This document shows, in pieces, positions 19,149 to 31,641 of a DNA stretch of 64,000 bases. How positions within the stretch are numbered: the first letter of the stretch is position 1; each line of letters starts with the position of its first letter. The stretch covers positions 64,001-128,000 of the forward strand of contig CAVPHD010000007.1 of NCBI GenBank assembly GCA_963704165.1. The letters run 5' to 3'. Origin of the DNA: an uncultured delta proteobacterium (GTDB lineage: Bacteria > Myxococcota_A > UBA9160 > SZUA-336). The notes beneath the pieces were generated by a model. That model was given only the letters and a program-made list of their open reading frames with translations, was not told where the DNA came from and ran no database searches. A program made the translations under genes and the position numbers.

Positions 19149-20684
19149 ATGGAGACGCTGCTCGCAATCCTCGGGACCATCCTCACCGGCTTCGGTCTGT
19201 TCGGGCTCTTCGCGGCGGCGTCGACGCCGATCGTCGGCTTGCACCTCGTGCTCGGCCTCGGGCTTCTCGCCTACGCGGGGTTGCGCAGCGCGGGGAGGGC
19301 CGCGGATCTCTTCGGATCTTCGACCGCGCGGGGCGGCGCGAACGTGCTCGTCCAGACGGTTCTCGTGCTCGCGATCACGGGAGCCCTCGCCTGGCTCTCG
19401 ATGCGCCATCCCGTCCACTGGGACTGGACCGAGGCGCAGGCGCATTCGCTCACGCAGGGAACGGTGGACGTTCTCGCGGCGATTCCCGAGGACGGCCTCG
19501 TCGAGGTCTACGCGTTCTACACGCGCGGAGCGGAACGCCCCGCCAAGCAGGAGCTCGACAAGTACGAGTACGTGAGTCCGCGGGTGAAGGTGAGCTACTT
19601 CGATCCGAACGAGAGACCCGATCTCGCGCACAGGTTCGAGGTCACCAATCGCGAGGGCGTGATCGTCGTCTGCGATGGTCCGTGCGAATCCGCCAAGGGA
19701 ACGGTCAAGGCCGTCGACGTCAGCGAGCAGTCGCTCACGCGCGCCATACGCCAGGCGGTGTCGACCAAGAAGAAGATCTACTTCCTGAAGGGTCACGGCG
19801 AGGCGGGGCCGAACGACGACAAGGGTCCCGGCGCGTCGTCGGTGCGCAGCGGGCTCGAGGACGAGAACGTCACCGTCGCCGAGATCCTGCTCGCGAACGA
19901 GGCCGCCGTGCCGGCAGATGCGGATGCGGTGATCGTCGCTGGCCCCGATCACGCGCTGCAGGACCGGGAGCTCGAGCTGCTCGATCAGTACCTGCAAGCC
20001 GGCGGTTCCCTGCTCGTGGCGGCCGATCCGACCCTGAACACGAACCTCGAGGGGCAGCTCGCGAAATGGGGCATCGAGCTCGGATCCGAGATCGTCGTCG
20101 AGCAGCAGCTCCAGCTCTTCGCCGGCCCCCAGCTCGGGGTGCAGCCGGTGGTGCAGACCTACGGAGCGCATCCGATCACCGACAAGCTCCAGGGCAATCC
20201 GACCCTCTTCCGGCTGGCACGGCCGGTTCGCAAGGCGGAGGGTGCGGACGTCGTGCTCACCGAGCTCGCGATCACGAGCGCGCAGAGCTGGGGCGAGAGC
20301 GATACCGCGGGTCTTCTGGCGTCCGAGCCGGTCGGGCTCGATCCGGAGAAGGACCGGGCCGGGCCGCTCGCGATTGCCGTCGCGCGCGAGTGGAGTCCGC
20401 CCGAGGGCAAGACCCGCGGCGGGCGATTGGTCGTCGTCGGAGATTCCGACTTCATGCGCAACCGCTACGTCACGCAGTTCTACAACGGCGATTTCTTCCT
20501 GAACGCCGCGAGCTGGCTCACAGGATCGGAGGAGTTCGCGACGATCGATCGCAAACGGCCGCGCGTGGCTTCGGTGAACATGACGCTGGAGCAGTTCGCC
20601 GACTTCCGTTTCCTGGCGCTCTTCGCGCTGCCCGAGGCGATTCTCCTGCTCGGCGTCGTGAGCTGGTGGCGCCGGCGGACCTGA
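19149..20684 (+). CDS. GldG-like ABC auxiliary protein (IFT52/ABC_transp_aux domain)
   Basis: WDWTEAQAHSL, IYFLKGHGE, GRLVVVGDSDF, NGDFFLNAASWL; C-terminal TM followed by WWRRR. Confidence 0.85.
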   Translation: METLLAILGTILTGFGLFGLFAAASTPIVGLHLVLGLGLLAYAGLRSAGRAADLFGSSTARGGANVLVQTVLVLAITGALAWLSMRHPVHWDWTEAQAHSLTQGTVDVLAAIPEDGLVEVYAFYTRGAERPAKQELDKYEYVSPRVKVSYFDPNERPDLAHRFEVTNREGVIVVCDGPCESAKGTVKAVDVSEQSLTRAIRQAVSTKKKIYFLKGHGEAGPNDDKGPGASSVRSGLEDENVTVAEILLANEAAVPADADAVIVAGPDHALQDRELELLDQYLQAGGSLLVAADPTLNTNLEGQLAKWGIELGSEIVVEQQLQLFAGPQLGVQPVVQTYGAHPITDKLQGNPTLFRLARPVRKAEGADVVLTELAITSAQSWGESDTAGLLASEPVGLDPEKDRAGPLAIAVAREWSPPEGKTRGGRLVVVGDSDFMRNRYVTQFYNGDFFLNAASWLTGSEEFATIDRKRPRVASVNMTLEQFADFRFLALFALPEAILLLGVVSWWRRRT

Positions 20685-20685
20685 C

Positions 20686-22065
20686 GTGAGCCTGCGCGGA
20701 ACGCTCGTTCTCCTCGTCGTCGCGCTCGCCATCGGTGGCTACCTGTGGTTCTTCGAGATCCGTGGTGCCGAGCAGAAGGCGGAGATGGAAGCGGCGGCGC
20801 GCGTCATCTTCGCGCTCGACCCTGCGAGCGCGACGGGCCTCGAGCTCGAGACCTCCGATGGCTCGACGGCGGTGTTGGAGCGCGCCGACGCAAGCGCCTC
20901 GACGCCGGGCTGGCGCCTGAAGGCGCCGGTCGACTACCCCGCCGACGTCGACGCGGTCGATCGCGCGCTGCGCGCGCTCGAGAAGCTCGCCTCGACGGCG
21001 ACGATCGAGGCGCGCCCCGACGATCTCGAGCCGTTCGGTCTCGGTGCGACCCGGAAGCACGTGACGGTGAAGTCGAGCGACGGCGAGCCGCGAACGCTCT
21101 ACCTCGGTGGAAACACTCCCGTCGCGGGAGGGCGCTACGTCGAGCTCGCGGAAGACGGGAAGCGGCTCTTCGTGGTGTCCGCAGGATCGCTCGGAGGACT
21201 CACGCCCGGGCTCGTCGAGCTTCGCGACAAGCGCCTCGTTCGTGTCCCACCGCGCGAGGTCGAAGAGCTCGCGATTCGTGCGGGAGGGGCGCTGATCGTG
21301 CGGGCGAAGAAGGTCGACGGAGAGTGGGCGTTGGTCGAGCCCGAGGCCGCACCGGCCGACGAGGAGAAGATCCGGCGCGTTCTCGACGACCTGGCTCTCG
21401 CGCGTGCGAGCGCATTCGAGGACTCGCCGGGTCCGCGCGCGAGCTACGGTCTCGAGAGCCCGTCCGTCGAGATCGAGGCGCGCGCGGGGACGGTCGAGGA
21501 GCGGCTCCTCCTTGCGGAGGTCGAATCCAAGCACTGGCTCGAGCGCGTCGGCGATCCGGTGATCCTCGCGGTGAACGAACGCGTGAGCACGAGCATCCCT
21601 CGCGAGTTCTTCGCCTACCGCGCGAAGCGCGTGCTGACGCTCGATGTCGAGCAGGTGCATTCGCTCGAGATCGGCTTTCCGCGCGAAGGCCAGACGCACC
21701 GGTTGATCCGCGAGGGCGAGGTATGGAAGGCCGAACGCGATGGCCTCGAGCTGAAGCCGCTCGAGGTCGAGGACCTGCTCTACGCGCTCGCCGATCTCGA
21801 TGCGACCGGCCTCGAGGGAACGAGTCCCGATCGGACGCAGATCGGGCTCGAGCCGGCCCTCGCGAAGATCGCCGCGTTCGACGAGAAGAACGCGCTGCTC
21901 GGAGAGATCGCATTCGGCGATCCGCATCCCGAGCGCGGACTTCCCGCGCTCTCGTCGCAGAGCCCGCTCATCTGGCGCGTCAGCAACGACATCGGACGCG
22001 ACGTTCCGCTCTCGCCCGAGGCCTTCTCGAACCTGCTCTTGAAGTCGGCGCCCGCTAGCCCCTGA
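20686..22065 (+). CDS. DUF4340-domain protein
   Basis: N-terminal TM; repeated W..P...AD and (F/Y)GL..P units, LRDKRL; usual fourth gene of GldAFG-like clusters. Confidence 0.75.
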   Translation: MSLRGTLVLLVVALAIGGYLWFFEIRGAEQKAEMEAAARVIFALDPASATGLELETSDGSTAVLERADASASTPGWRLKAPVDYPADVDAVDRALRALEKLASTATIEARPDDLEPFGLGATRKHVTVKSSDGEPRTLYLGGNTPVAGGRYVELAEDGKRLFVVSAGSLGGLTPGLVELRDKRLVRVPPREVEELAIRAGGALIVRAKKVDGEWALVEPEAAPADEEKIRRVLDDLALARASAFEDSPGPRASYGLESPSVEIEARAGTVEERLLLAEVESKHWLERVGDPVILAVNERVSTSIPREFFAYRAKRVLTLDVEQVHSLEIGFPREGQTHRLIREGEVWKAERDGLELKPLEVEDLLYALADLDATGLEGTSPDRTQIGLEPALAKIAAFDEKNALLGEIAFGDPHPERGLPALSSQSPLIWRVSNDIGRDVPLSPEAFSNLLLKSAPASP

Positions 22066-22824
22066 GCACGGCGAGCATCGCCTCGTGCACCACGCCGTTG
22101 CTCGCGACGACGCGCGCTCCCGACGAGGGCGGAGGGCCGCCGTCGAAGTCGCTCGTGCGTCCGCCCGCTTCTTCGACGAGCAGAAGTCCCGCGGCGACAT
22201 CCCAGGCTGCCAGGTGGAGCTCCCAGTAGCCTTCGAAGCGGCCGCACGCGACGTAGGCGAAGTCGAGCGCGGCCGAACCCGCACGCCGGATCGCCTGCGC
22301 AGTCGACACGAAGCGCTCGAAGTACTCGAGGTTCGGCGTTCGCCGGGTATGCACGTCGTAGGCGAAGCCGGTGGCGAGCAGCGAGCGACGCAGCTCGCCG
22401 ATCTTCGAGACTCGGATCGGTGTCCCGTTCAGGCTCGCGCCGCGGCCGCGTTCGGCGGAGAAGGTTTCGTCGCGCATCGGATCGTGCACCACGCCGACTT
22501 CGCGCTGGCCATCGACTTCGACACCGATCGAGATCGAGAAGTGCGGGAACGCGTGCGCGTAGTTCGTCGTGCCGTCGAGCGGATCGACGATCCACCGCAC
22601 GCCGCTCGATCCCTCGTGCGCGCGGTTCTCTTCGGTGACGAGGCCGTCGCGAGGCCGCGACGCGAGGATGCGCTCGCGCACGAGCGCGTCGAGGGCGTGA
22701 TCGACGTCGGTGACCAGGTCGATCTCGCTCGACTTCGTGGCGATCGTTCGCGGCTCGTGGAATCGCGCGCGCGCGATCGAGCCGGCTTCGCGTGCGATCG
22801 AGGTCGCGAGCGCGAGCAGCTCGC

Positions 22825-22828
<4 letters not shown>
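22055..22828 (-). CDS. suhB: Inositol monophosphatase family protein
   Basis: DLVTDVD, WIVDPLDGTTNYAH, RRAGSAALD, WDVAAG. Confidence 0.92.
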
Positions 22829-25170
<2,342 letters not shown>

Positions 25171-26133
25171 CTAGGCTCTCGCGCGCAGGTCGAGCAGGAG
25201 TCCCTCGACCACCAGCTGCGGGTTCAGATTCCGGCGCGCCAGCTCGCTGCGAGCCTTCGAAGCGGCTTCGAAGACGTCGAGCCAGCGCTCCAGCCCGCTG
25301 GCATCACTCGACCGAGCCGCGGCCTCTGCGTGCGTGCGCGCGAACGCCGCTTCGACCTCGAGGAAGAGCTGCGCGCGATCGCGGCCCGCTTCGCCCGGCC
25401 GCCGAAAGGATTCGGCGAAGTCGAGGATCTCGGTCGTTCCGACCCCGGCGATTCCGGACAGGAACGCGTGCATCTCGCGCGCGGCTTCGAGCGACGCATC
25501 GGCCCAGCTGCGCGCTGCCTCCGGGCTCGCGCCGCCGAGCGCGCTCGCGAGTGCGGCATCGGCTTCGGGAAGTCCGTCGGCTTCGAGCGCGGCGCGCACC
25601 TCCGGCTCGGCGAACGGCGCGAATCGCACTCGGAGTGTTCGCGAGCGAAGCGTGTGCGGCAGGGCCTGGGCGCTCGGCGTGACCAGGATCAGAACCGCGC
25701 CCGGCGGCGGCTCCTCGAGTGTCTTCAGAAGGGCGTTCGCGGACTCGGCGCGAAGCCGGTCGGCCTCGGGGATCAGGGCGACCCGGCGACCGCGTTCGTT
25801 GGACACGAGCGACAACGCCGCCCGGAGGTCGCGCACCGCCTCGATCTTGATGCGCGCACCGTCCGCGACCACCCAGTGCAGATCGGGGTGGCTCGGGCGC
25901 GCGTCGGGCGACTCGCCGTGCACTTGCAGCAGGTGGCAATCGTGACAGGCGCCACACGGATCGACCGCACCCGGGCCGACCTCTTTGCACAGGAGGAGCC
26001 GCGCGAACCAAAGGGCCGTCTCACGCTTTCCCGTGCCCGGCGGACCCTCGAAGAGGTACGCGCCGTGGACGTGGCCGCTCGCTCGCGCGCGTGCGAGCTC
26101 GGCTCGGATCCGGTTCGTGTCGGTGCCGGTCAT
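25171..26133 (-). CDS. holB: DNA polymerase III subunit delta'
   Basis: HGAYLFEGPPGTGK, C..PCGACHDC zinc module, HPDL, ANALLKTLEEPP, TLRSR. Confidence 0.88.
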   Translation of the reverse strand: MTGTDTNRIRAELARARASGHVHGAYLFEGPPGTGKRETALWFARLLLCKEVGPGAVDPCGACHDCHLLQVHGESPDARPSHPDLHWVVADGARIKIEAVRDLRAALSLVSNERGRRVALIPEADRLRAESANALLKTLEEPPPGAVLILVTPSAQALPHTLRSRTLRVRFAPFAEPEVRAALEADGLPEADAALASALGGASPEAARSWADASLEAAREMHAFLSGIAGVGTTEILDFAESFRRPGEAGRDRAQLFLEVEAAFARTHAEAAARSSDASGLERWLDVFEAASKARSELARRNLNPQLVVEGLLLDLRARA

Positions 26134-26239
26134 CAGCGAGCGGCAGGATAGCGCCGGATCCACGGGAGATCTCAAGCGAACCCGTGATCGATCCGATCTG
26201 CAAAAACGGAGCTCCGGACGGAGCAGGAGTAGGGGCGGA

Positions 26240-26680
26240 ATGGCGTTCAAGGACTTCGGCAAGGGCAAGGACGGCGGAGCGATCGCTCCCGCCAGTGGCG
26301 GTGTTGGCGCGCTCACGGCGTTCATCGATCAGGGCTCCGAGTTCTCCGGCAAGCTCAGCTTCAAGGACACGGTTCGGATCGACGGACGCTTCGAGGGCGA
26401 GATCTCGAGCGAGAACACGCTGATCGTCGGCGAGACCGGCTCGATCACCGCGACGATCCGCTCGAAGACGATCGTGATCTCGGGCGAGGTGCACGGCCAG
26501 ATCAGCGCCAGTGGCCAGGTCGTCCTGCACAAGACCGCACGCGTCGACGGAGACATAAATACCTCGAGCCTGGTCGTCGAGGACGGCGCCGTCTTCACGG
26601 GTCGGGTCGAGATGAAGGATTCGAAGGAGAAGGCCACCCGGCCGACCTCTCCGCCGGCCAAGGACGTCGCGAAGAGCTAG
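26240..26680 (+). CDS. Bactofilin (polymer-forming cytoskeletal protein)
   Basis: FIDQGSEFSGKLSF, RIDGRFEGEI, VDGDINTSSLVVEDGAVFTGRVEM beta-helix repeats. Confidence 0.9.
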   Translation: MAFKDFGKGKDGGAIAPASGGVGALTAFIDQGSEFSGKLSFKDTVRIDGRFEGEISSENTLIVGETGSITATIRSKTIVISGEVHGQISASGQVVLHKTARVDGDINTSSLVVEDGAVFTGRVEMKDSKEKATRPTSPPAKDVAKS

Positions 26681-26688
26681 CCCCGGCG

Positions 26689-26970
26689 CTAGGACACCAG
26701 CACCGAGGTCACACCGGGGACGCGCGAGCGCAGCACGGGCTCGAGCACCAGCTTGCGCGTCATCTCGCGCGCCGGACAGCGCGCGCAAGCGCCCTGAAGC
26801 TCGAGCCTCACCGTGCCGTCCTCGCTCACCGCGATCAGCTCGGCGTTGCCACCGTCGGCGACGAGCCCCGGCCGGATGATGTCGAGCGCGCGGCGAACGT
26901 GCTCGGGCTTCGCGATGCGCGAAGCCTCCGCGTTGATCTCCCCGGAGCCATCTCGTAGCCTTGCCGCCAT
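26689..26970 (-). CDS. NifU-C/Nfu-domain Fe-S carrier; start uncertain (ATG 26970 or ATC 26916)
   Basis: ALDIIRPGLVADGGNAEL..LQGACARCP (CxxC). Confidence 0.82.
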   Translation of the reverse strand: MAARLRDGSGEINAEASRIAKPEHVRRALDIIRPGLVADGGNAELIAVSEDGTVRLELQGACARCPAREMTRKLVLEPVLRSRVPGVTSVLVS

Positions 26971-27628
26971 GCGCGTCCGCGTGCTCCTGTTCGCTTCCCT
27001 GCGTGAAGCCGTCGGCCAGAAGCAACTCGACCTTGAGCTTCCCGCGGACTCGACGCTCGCCGAGCTGATCTCGAGGCTCGAGCGCGAGTATGCGGTGCTC
27101 GTGCGCTACCGCGGCCGCTTGCTCGTCAGTCTGAACGAGGAGCGCGCGCCGCTCGAGACGCAGCTCGGTGAGGGCGACGAGATCGCCCTCTTGCCGCCGG
27201 TTTCGGGTGGATCGGACCGCGCGTGGATCGATGCGCAGCCACTCTCGATGGACGCGCTGCTCGCTGAAGTGACGGGTCCGGAGATGGGCGGAGTGGTGAC
27301 GTTCACCGGCATCGTGCGCAACGAGGCGCGCGGATCGGAGATCGATCACCTCGAATACGAGGCGTACGCGCCCATGGCCGAGCGCGAGCTGCGAAAGATC
27401 CACGACGAGGTCGTTGCGCGCTGGCCGCAGGTGCGGCTCGCGTTCGCGCATCGGATCGGGCGTCTCGCGATCGGCGAGGCCGCGGTGATGATCGCGGCCG
27501 CCGCGCCGCATCGGCCCGAGGCGTTCGAGGCGTGTCGCTTCGCGATCGACACGCTCAAGCAGACGGTGCCGATCTGGAAGAAGGAATTCGCGACCAGCGG
27601 CGCCTACTGGGTCGAGGAGAACCCGTGA
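26969..27628 (+). CDS. moaD-moaE: MoaD-MoaE fusion molybdopterin synthase (MoaX-like)
   Basis: VLLFASLRE...ALLPPVSGG (MoaD) continues in frame into FTGIVRN, LEYEAY, HRIGRL, LKQTVPIWKKE (MoaE). Confidence 0.92.
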   Translation: MRVRVLLFASLREAVGQKQLDLELPADSTLAELISRLEREYAVLVRYRGRLLVSLNEERAPLETQLGEGDEIALLPPVSGGSDRAWIDAQPLSMDALLAEVTGPEMGGVVTFTGIVRNEARGSEIDHLEYEAYAPMAERELRKIHDEVVARWPQVRLAFAHRIGRLAIGEAAVMIAAAAPHRPEAFEACRFAIDTLKQTVPIWKKEFATSGAYWVEENP

Positions 27629-28165
27629 GCGGCGACGCGCCCGCGCAACACCGAGCCTACGCGCCGAAGTCGATCGGCTGCGCCGTCCTGACGGTGAGCG
27701 ACAGCCGCACCGTTGCCGACGACAAGTCCGGAAAGCTGATCGGGGACCTCCTCGAAGCCGCCGGACACCGTGTGATCGCGCACGCGATCGTGCCCGACGA
27801 TGCCGCTCAGATCCGCACGGCGGTCCTGCGGGGCCTCGCGCAGGACGAGGTCGATGCCGTGATCGCCACGGGCGGAACGGGTGTCTCGCCACGCGACGTC
27901 ACCCCCGACATCGCTCGAGCCGATTTTCGAGAAGAGCCTCTCGGGCTTCGGCGAGCTGTTCCGAATGCTCTCGTACGAGGAGATCGGCGCAGCGGCGGTG
28001 CTGTCGCGCGCGACCGCCGGCACCGTTGCGGGCAAGGTCGTCTACGTCATACCGGGTTCCTCCGCCGCGGTCCGGCTCGCCATGCAGAAGCTGATCCTGC
28101 CGGAGCTCGCACACATCGTCGGGCAGCTCCGCCGCGTGGACGCACCGCCTTCAGGGGCTCGGTAG
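27625..28165 (+). CDS. moaB: MoaB/Mog molybdopterin adenylyltransferase; frameshift near 27910
   Basis: [25 protein letters not shown], then [21 protein letters not shown] in the next frame. Confidence 0.9.
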
Positions 28166-28184
28166 CGGAGCCGAAAACCCATCG

Positions 28185-29459
28185 GTGGCTGCGTTTGCCC
28201 GCCGGCACCTGGGAATTCTCCTGCTCTTGCTCGTCGTCGCCGTGTTCCTGCCGAACGAGGTGGCGATCTGGGTCGATCGCGAGGGACAGACCTGGCTGAG
28301 CGACCGCGAAGCGCCTCCCCCGGGGGCGCAGCGCGTCTCGCCCGAGGATCTGGCGATCCACTGGAATGGCCGGCACATGGGAGAGCCGCTGCCTCGCGGC
28401 ACGCGCTCGAGCAGCGAGGACGATCGCTATCTCTCGGCGGTGCTCGCCGCCCGCTCGGACGTGGAGCGCGGTGACCTCCAGGCGGGACTGCGCGCGCTTC
28501 GGCGCCTCTTGCGCGAACAACCGACGCGGCCCGAGGCCGCACTCCTGCTCGCACAGGTGGAGCGGCACCGCGGGCGGCTCGAGCCCGCACGCGACGCGCT
28601 CGACGCCATTCTATCGACGGCCAGCCGCGTTCCGGACCGCTGGCGCGACGCGGCCACGCGCGAACGCAGCGAGATCGAGCAGGAGCTCGAGCTCGCGAAG
28701 TCGCACGAGGGGCAGGTCTGGGAGACCCGCTCGCTCGAATCGCGTCACTTCCTCGTCAGCTTCGATCACCAGTTCGCGGGCCGGGCCTATGGTGAACAGG
28801 TCGTCGAGGTGCTCGAGCAGGCGCGTTCGGCGATGCACGCCCAGATGGGCCGCGCGCTCTCTCGACCGCTCGAGGTCCGTCTCTACACGCGCGCGCACTA
28901 CCTCGAGGCCTACCGGCACCGCTTCGGCTTCGCGACCGTCGGCTTCTACGACGGTGCGATCCACGTGGTCTCGGCCAAGCGCCCGCGCAACGAGCTCTAC
29001 GCGCTGCTCGTGCACGAGTACGTGCACGCGCTCTTTCAGGAAGCGACCGGCTCACATCAGCCGTTCTTTCTCAACGAGGGAATCGCCGATCGCGCCGAAG
29101 AGGCGGCCCGCGGGCGAAGTCAGCTCTCGCGCGAGGAGTGGCGACGGCTGGTCGAGGCGCTGCGAAACGACGAATGGATCCCGCTCGGCTCGCTCGTGCA
29201 GGGGTTCTCGGGCCTGAAGGGGGCGCAAGCGCTGCTCGCCTACCTCGAATCGCGGGCGACGATCGAGCTGATCGAGACGCGGCGCCCCGAGGCCATCGCC
29301 GCCTTTCTCGATGCATGCGCGGCCGGCGAGAGCTGGCAGAACGCACTTCGCGCCGCGACGGGCTGGGACACGGCCGAGTTGGAGCGCGCGCTGCAAGAAG
29401 AGGTGCGCTCTCGCTTCGCGGACGATCCGCTCGCTTCGGTCGCCGATCCCCCCTTATGA
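28185..29459 (+). CDS. Secreted zinc peptidase (peptidase MA-like) with N-terminal DUF4124-like and TPR segments
   Basis: Signal/TM, WVDREGQTWLSD, TPR-like helices, HEYVH followed by NEG (gluzincin-type). Confidence 0.7.
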   Translation: MAAFARRHLGILLLLLVVAVFLPNEVAIWVDREGQTWLSDREAPPPGAQRVSPEDLAIHWNGRHMGEPLPRGTRSSSEDDRYLSAVLAARSDVERGDLQAGLRALRRLLREQPTRPEAALLLAQVERHRGRLEPARDALDAILSTASRVPDRWRDAATRERSEIEQELELAKSHEGQVWETRSLESRHFLVSFDHQFAGRAYGEQVVEVLEQARSAMHAQMGRALSRPLEVRLYTRAHYLEAYRHRFGFATVGFYDGAIHVVSAKRPRNELYALLVHEYVHALFQEATGSHQPFFLNEGIADRAEEAARGRSQLSREEWRRLVEALRNDEWIPLGSLVQGFSGLKGAQALLAYLESRATIELIETRRPEAIAAFLDACAAGESWQNALRAATGWDTAELERALQEEVRSRFADDPLASVADPPL

Positions 29460-29481
29460 TCGCACCCCGGAGGTGCGTTCC

Positions 29482-30153
29482 ATGGATCCAGCGCTCGGGA
29501 TCGCGTTGCTCTGGCTCGCGTTCACGGTCACTCACGTCGGCATGTCGAGCTTGCGTCTCCGCCCGCGACTCGTCCGCGTGCTCGGCGACGTGGGATTTCT
29601 CGGCCTGTACTCGGTCGTCGCACTCGCGATCTTCGTACCGCTGATTCGGCTCTACTTCACGAGCAAACACGCGGGAGCGCAGCTCTGGTACCTGCCGCGC
29701 GGACCGCTCCTGACCTGGGCCGTCTACATCGGAATGGGACTGGCCTTCGTGCTGCTCGTCTCGAGCTTCATGCGGCCGAGCCCCGGCGGTGTGGTTCCGG
29801 GCGAGACGACACCCCGTGGTGTCTATCGGATCACGCGCCATCCGATGGTGATGGCGTTCGTCGTCTTCGCGGTCTTCCACCTGCTGCCGAACGGATCGAG
29901 CGCGGATCTCGCGTTCTTCGGCGGCTTTGCGGTCTTCGCGCTGATCGGCGCCGCACATCAGGATCAGCGCAAGCTCGTCGTGGGACCGGCGGGTTACCGG
30001 GAGTTCTACGAGCGCACTCCCTTCCTGCCGTTCACCGGACGCGACACGCTCGCGGGTCTGCGCGAGCTCTCGCCGATCGCCGTCGTCGTGGGAATCCTGC
30101 TCGCCGTCGCGATCTGGTACTTCCACGCGAGCTGGTTCGGCGGAAATCCCTGA
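29482..30153 (+). CDS. NnrU-family membrane protein
   Basis: GVYRITRHPM, FHLLPNG, HQDQRK, TPFLPF; multiple TM segments. Confidence 0.82.
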   Translation: MDPALGIALLWLAFTVTHVGMSSLRLRPRLVRVLGDVGFLGLYSVVALAIFVPLIRLYFTSKHAGAQLWYLPRGPLLTWAVYIGMGLAFVLLVSSFMRPSPGGVVPGETTPRGVYRITRHPMVMAFVVFAVFHLLPNGSSADLAFFGGFAVFALIGAAHQDQRKLVVGPAGYREFYERTPFLPFTGRDTLAGLRELSPIAVVVGILLAVAIWYFHASWFGGNP

Positions 30154-30169
30154 GGTCTCGCGGAGGCTC

Positions 30170-31106
30170 TCAGCTCTCGGGCGACCAGTAGTCGAAATCG
30201 ACGAGGTTGGCCTTCATGTAGTCGCGCAGGCCGTCGACGAGCTTCTTCTCGAGCTGGCGGATGCGCTCGCGGGTCAGACCGAGCTCGTCGCCGATCTCCT
30301 GCAAGGTCTTCGGCTCCTCGGAAAGGATGCGCTCGCGAAGGATCTTCTGATCTCGGTCGTCGAGGTCCACCGCGAATCGCTCGATGTGCTCGCGGAGGGT
30401 CTGTCGCATGTCTTGCTCGGCGACGGCGTCGTCGATGCGCCCGTCGCTCGCCGCGAACGATTCACCGAAGCTCGCACCTCCGGGCTCGTCGCGGCGCACC
30501 GGCGCGTCGGTCGAGAGATCGCCGTGCGCGAGCCGGTGCTGGAGATCGACGACTTCGAGCTCACGCACGCCGAGCTTCTCGGCGAGCAGGCGCGGTTCAG
30601 GCTCGAGACCTTCGCGCTCGAGCTCGCGCTTGGCGCGCGAGAGTTGGAAGAAGAGCTTGCGCTCCGCACGGCTCGAGCCCACGCGCACCATGCGGATGTT
30701 GTCGATCAGGTACTTCAGGATGTACGCGCGGATCCAGTAGGACGGCGTAGGACGAGAGCTTCACGCCGCGATGCGGGTCGAAGCGCTTCACGCCCTGAAG
30801 CAGCCCGACGTTTCCTTCCTGGATCAGGTCGAACGGGTTGGTCCAGACCCGTCGGTATTCGAGCGCGATCTTCACGACCAGCCGCAGGTTCGAGAGCACG
30901 AGTTTCTGCGCCGCCTCCGGATCCCCGGACGCGAAGACCTTCTCGGCGAGCGCAAATTCCTCTTCGCGGCTGAGCAGCGCGTAGCGCCCGACCTCGTGGA
31001 AATACCGCGAGAGCGCGTCGCGCGGAACGCTCTCGAGCCCCGAAGCAGGCACGGGGACCGGGAGCGCGGTCTCCGTCGGACCGTCCTCGTTTGGGTCTTT
31101 GCGCAC
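30170..31106 (-). CDS. rpoH: RNA polymerase sigma-32-family factor; frameshift near 30745
   Basis: LVLSNLRLVVKIA, DLIQEGNVGL, FDPHRGVKLSSYA|WIRAYIL, RpoH-box-like RAERKLFFQL, TLQEIG..LTRERIRQLE. Confidence 0.87.
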
Positions 31107-31168
31107 GGCCACAAACGTACACCTGTCGGACCGGGCCTGTCCGTGGCGAGCCGGGGCGTGGAAGGCGA

Positions 31169-31550
31169 CTACTTCTTGAGCGAGTGAATGAACTTCACGA
31201 GCGCCCAGCGGTCCGCTTCGGGTACGACGGCGCCCCAGGGAGCCATGAGCGGTGAGCCGCCCTTCGACGCCGCACCATTGCTGATGACGTCGAAGATGTC
31301 CTTGTCGGTTCCGCCGAACTTGAAGTCGCCCTGTTGGAAATTGCGCGGGGGCGGGACGAGGGTCTTCGCCGACGGGGCCGTCGCCTGCGCCGGTCGGGCC
31401 GTGGCAGGTCTCGCAGTACATCTTGTAGACCTTGGCGCCGTTGGCGGCGTCGGCCGCAGCGACCTTCGCGGCCGCGTCGTCGGCTGCGAAACCGGCCGAG
31501 GCCGCAGTGAGGATGACGAACGAAGCGGCGAGTCCGAGAAGTACGCGCAT
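31169..31550 (-). CDS. Periplasmic monoheme cytochrome c; frameshift near 31370
   Basis: Signal peptide, CETCHG heme motif, then PPPRNF...SPLMAPW (axial Met) in the shifted frame. Confidence 0.85.
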
Positions 31551-31582
31551 GAAGCCCTCCAGGGTGGATGAAAGCGCGGGCG

Positions 31583-31611
31583 AGGTTAGAGACCGAGGCT
31601 GCGCCAGTCAA
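31583..31611 (-). promoter_or_regulatory. Putative sigma70 promoter TTGACT-N17-TAACCT for cytochrome c
   Basis: Near-consensus hexamers, 17-nt spacer, SD GGAGG before the ATG. Confidence 0.6.
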
Positions 31612-31641
31612 CGCAACGCTCTGACGCACCCGCACGCAGAG

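Noticed and set aside
30597..31550. Apparent cytochrome c-sigma factor fusion ORF
   Set aside because: Artefact of the frameshift near 31370; each gene has its own stop or start and promoter signal.
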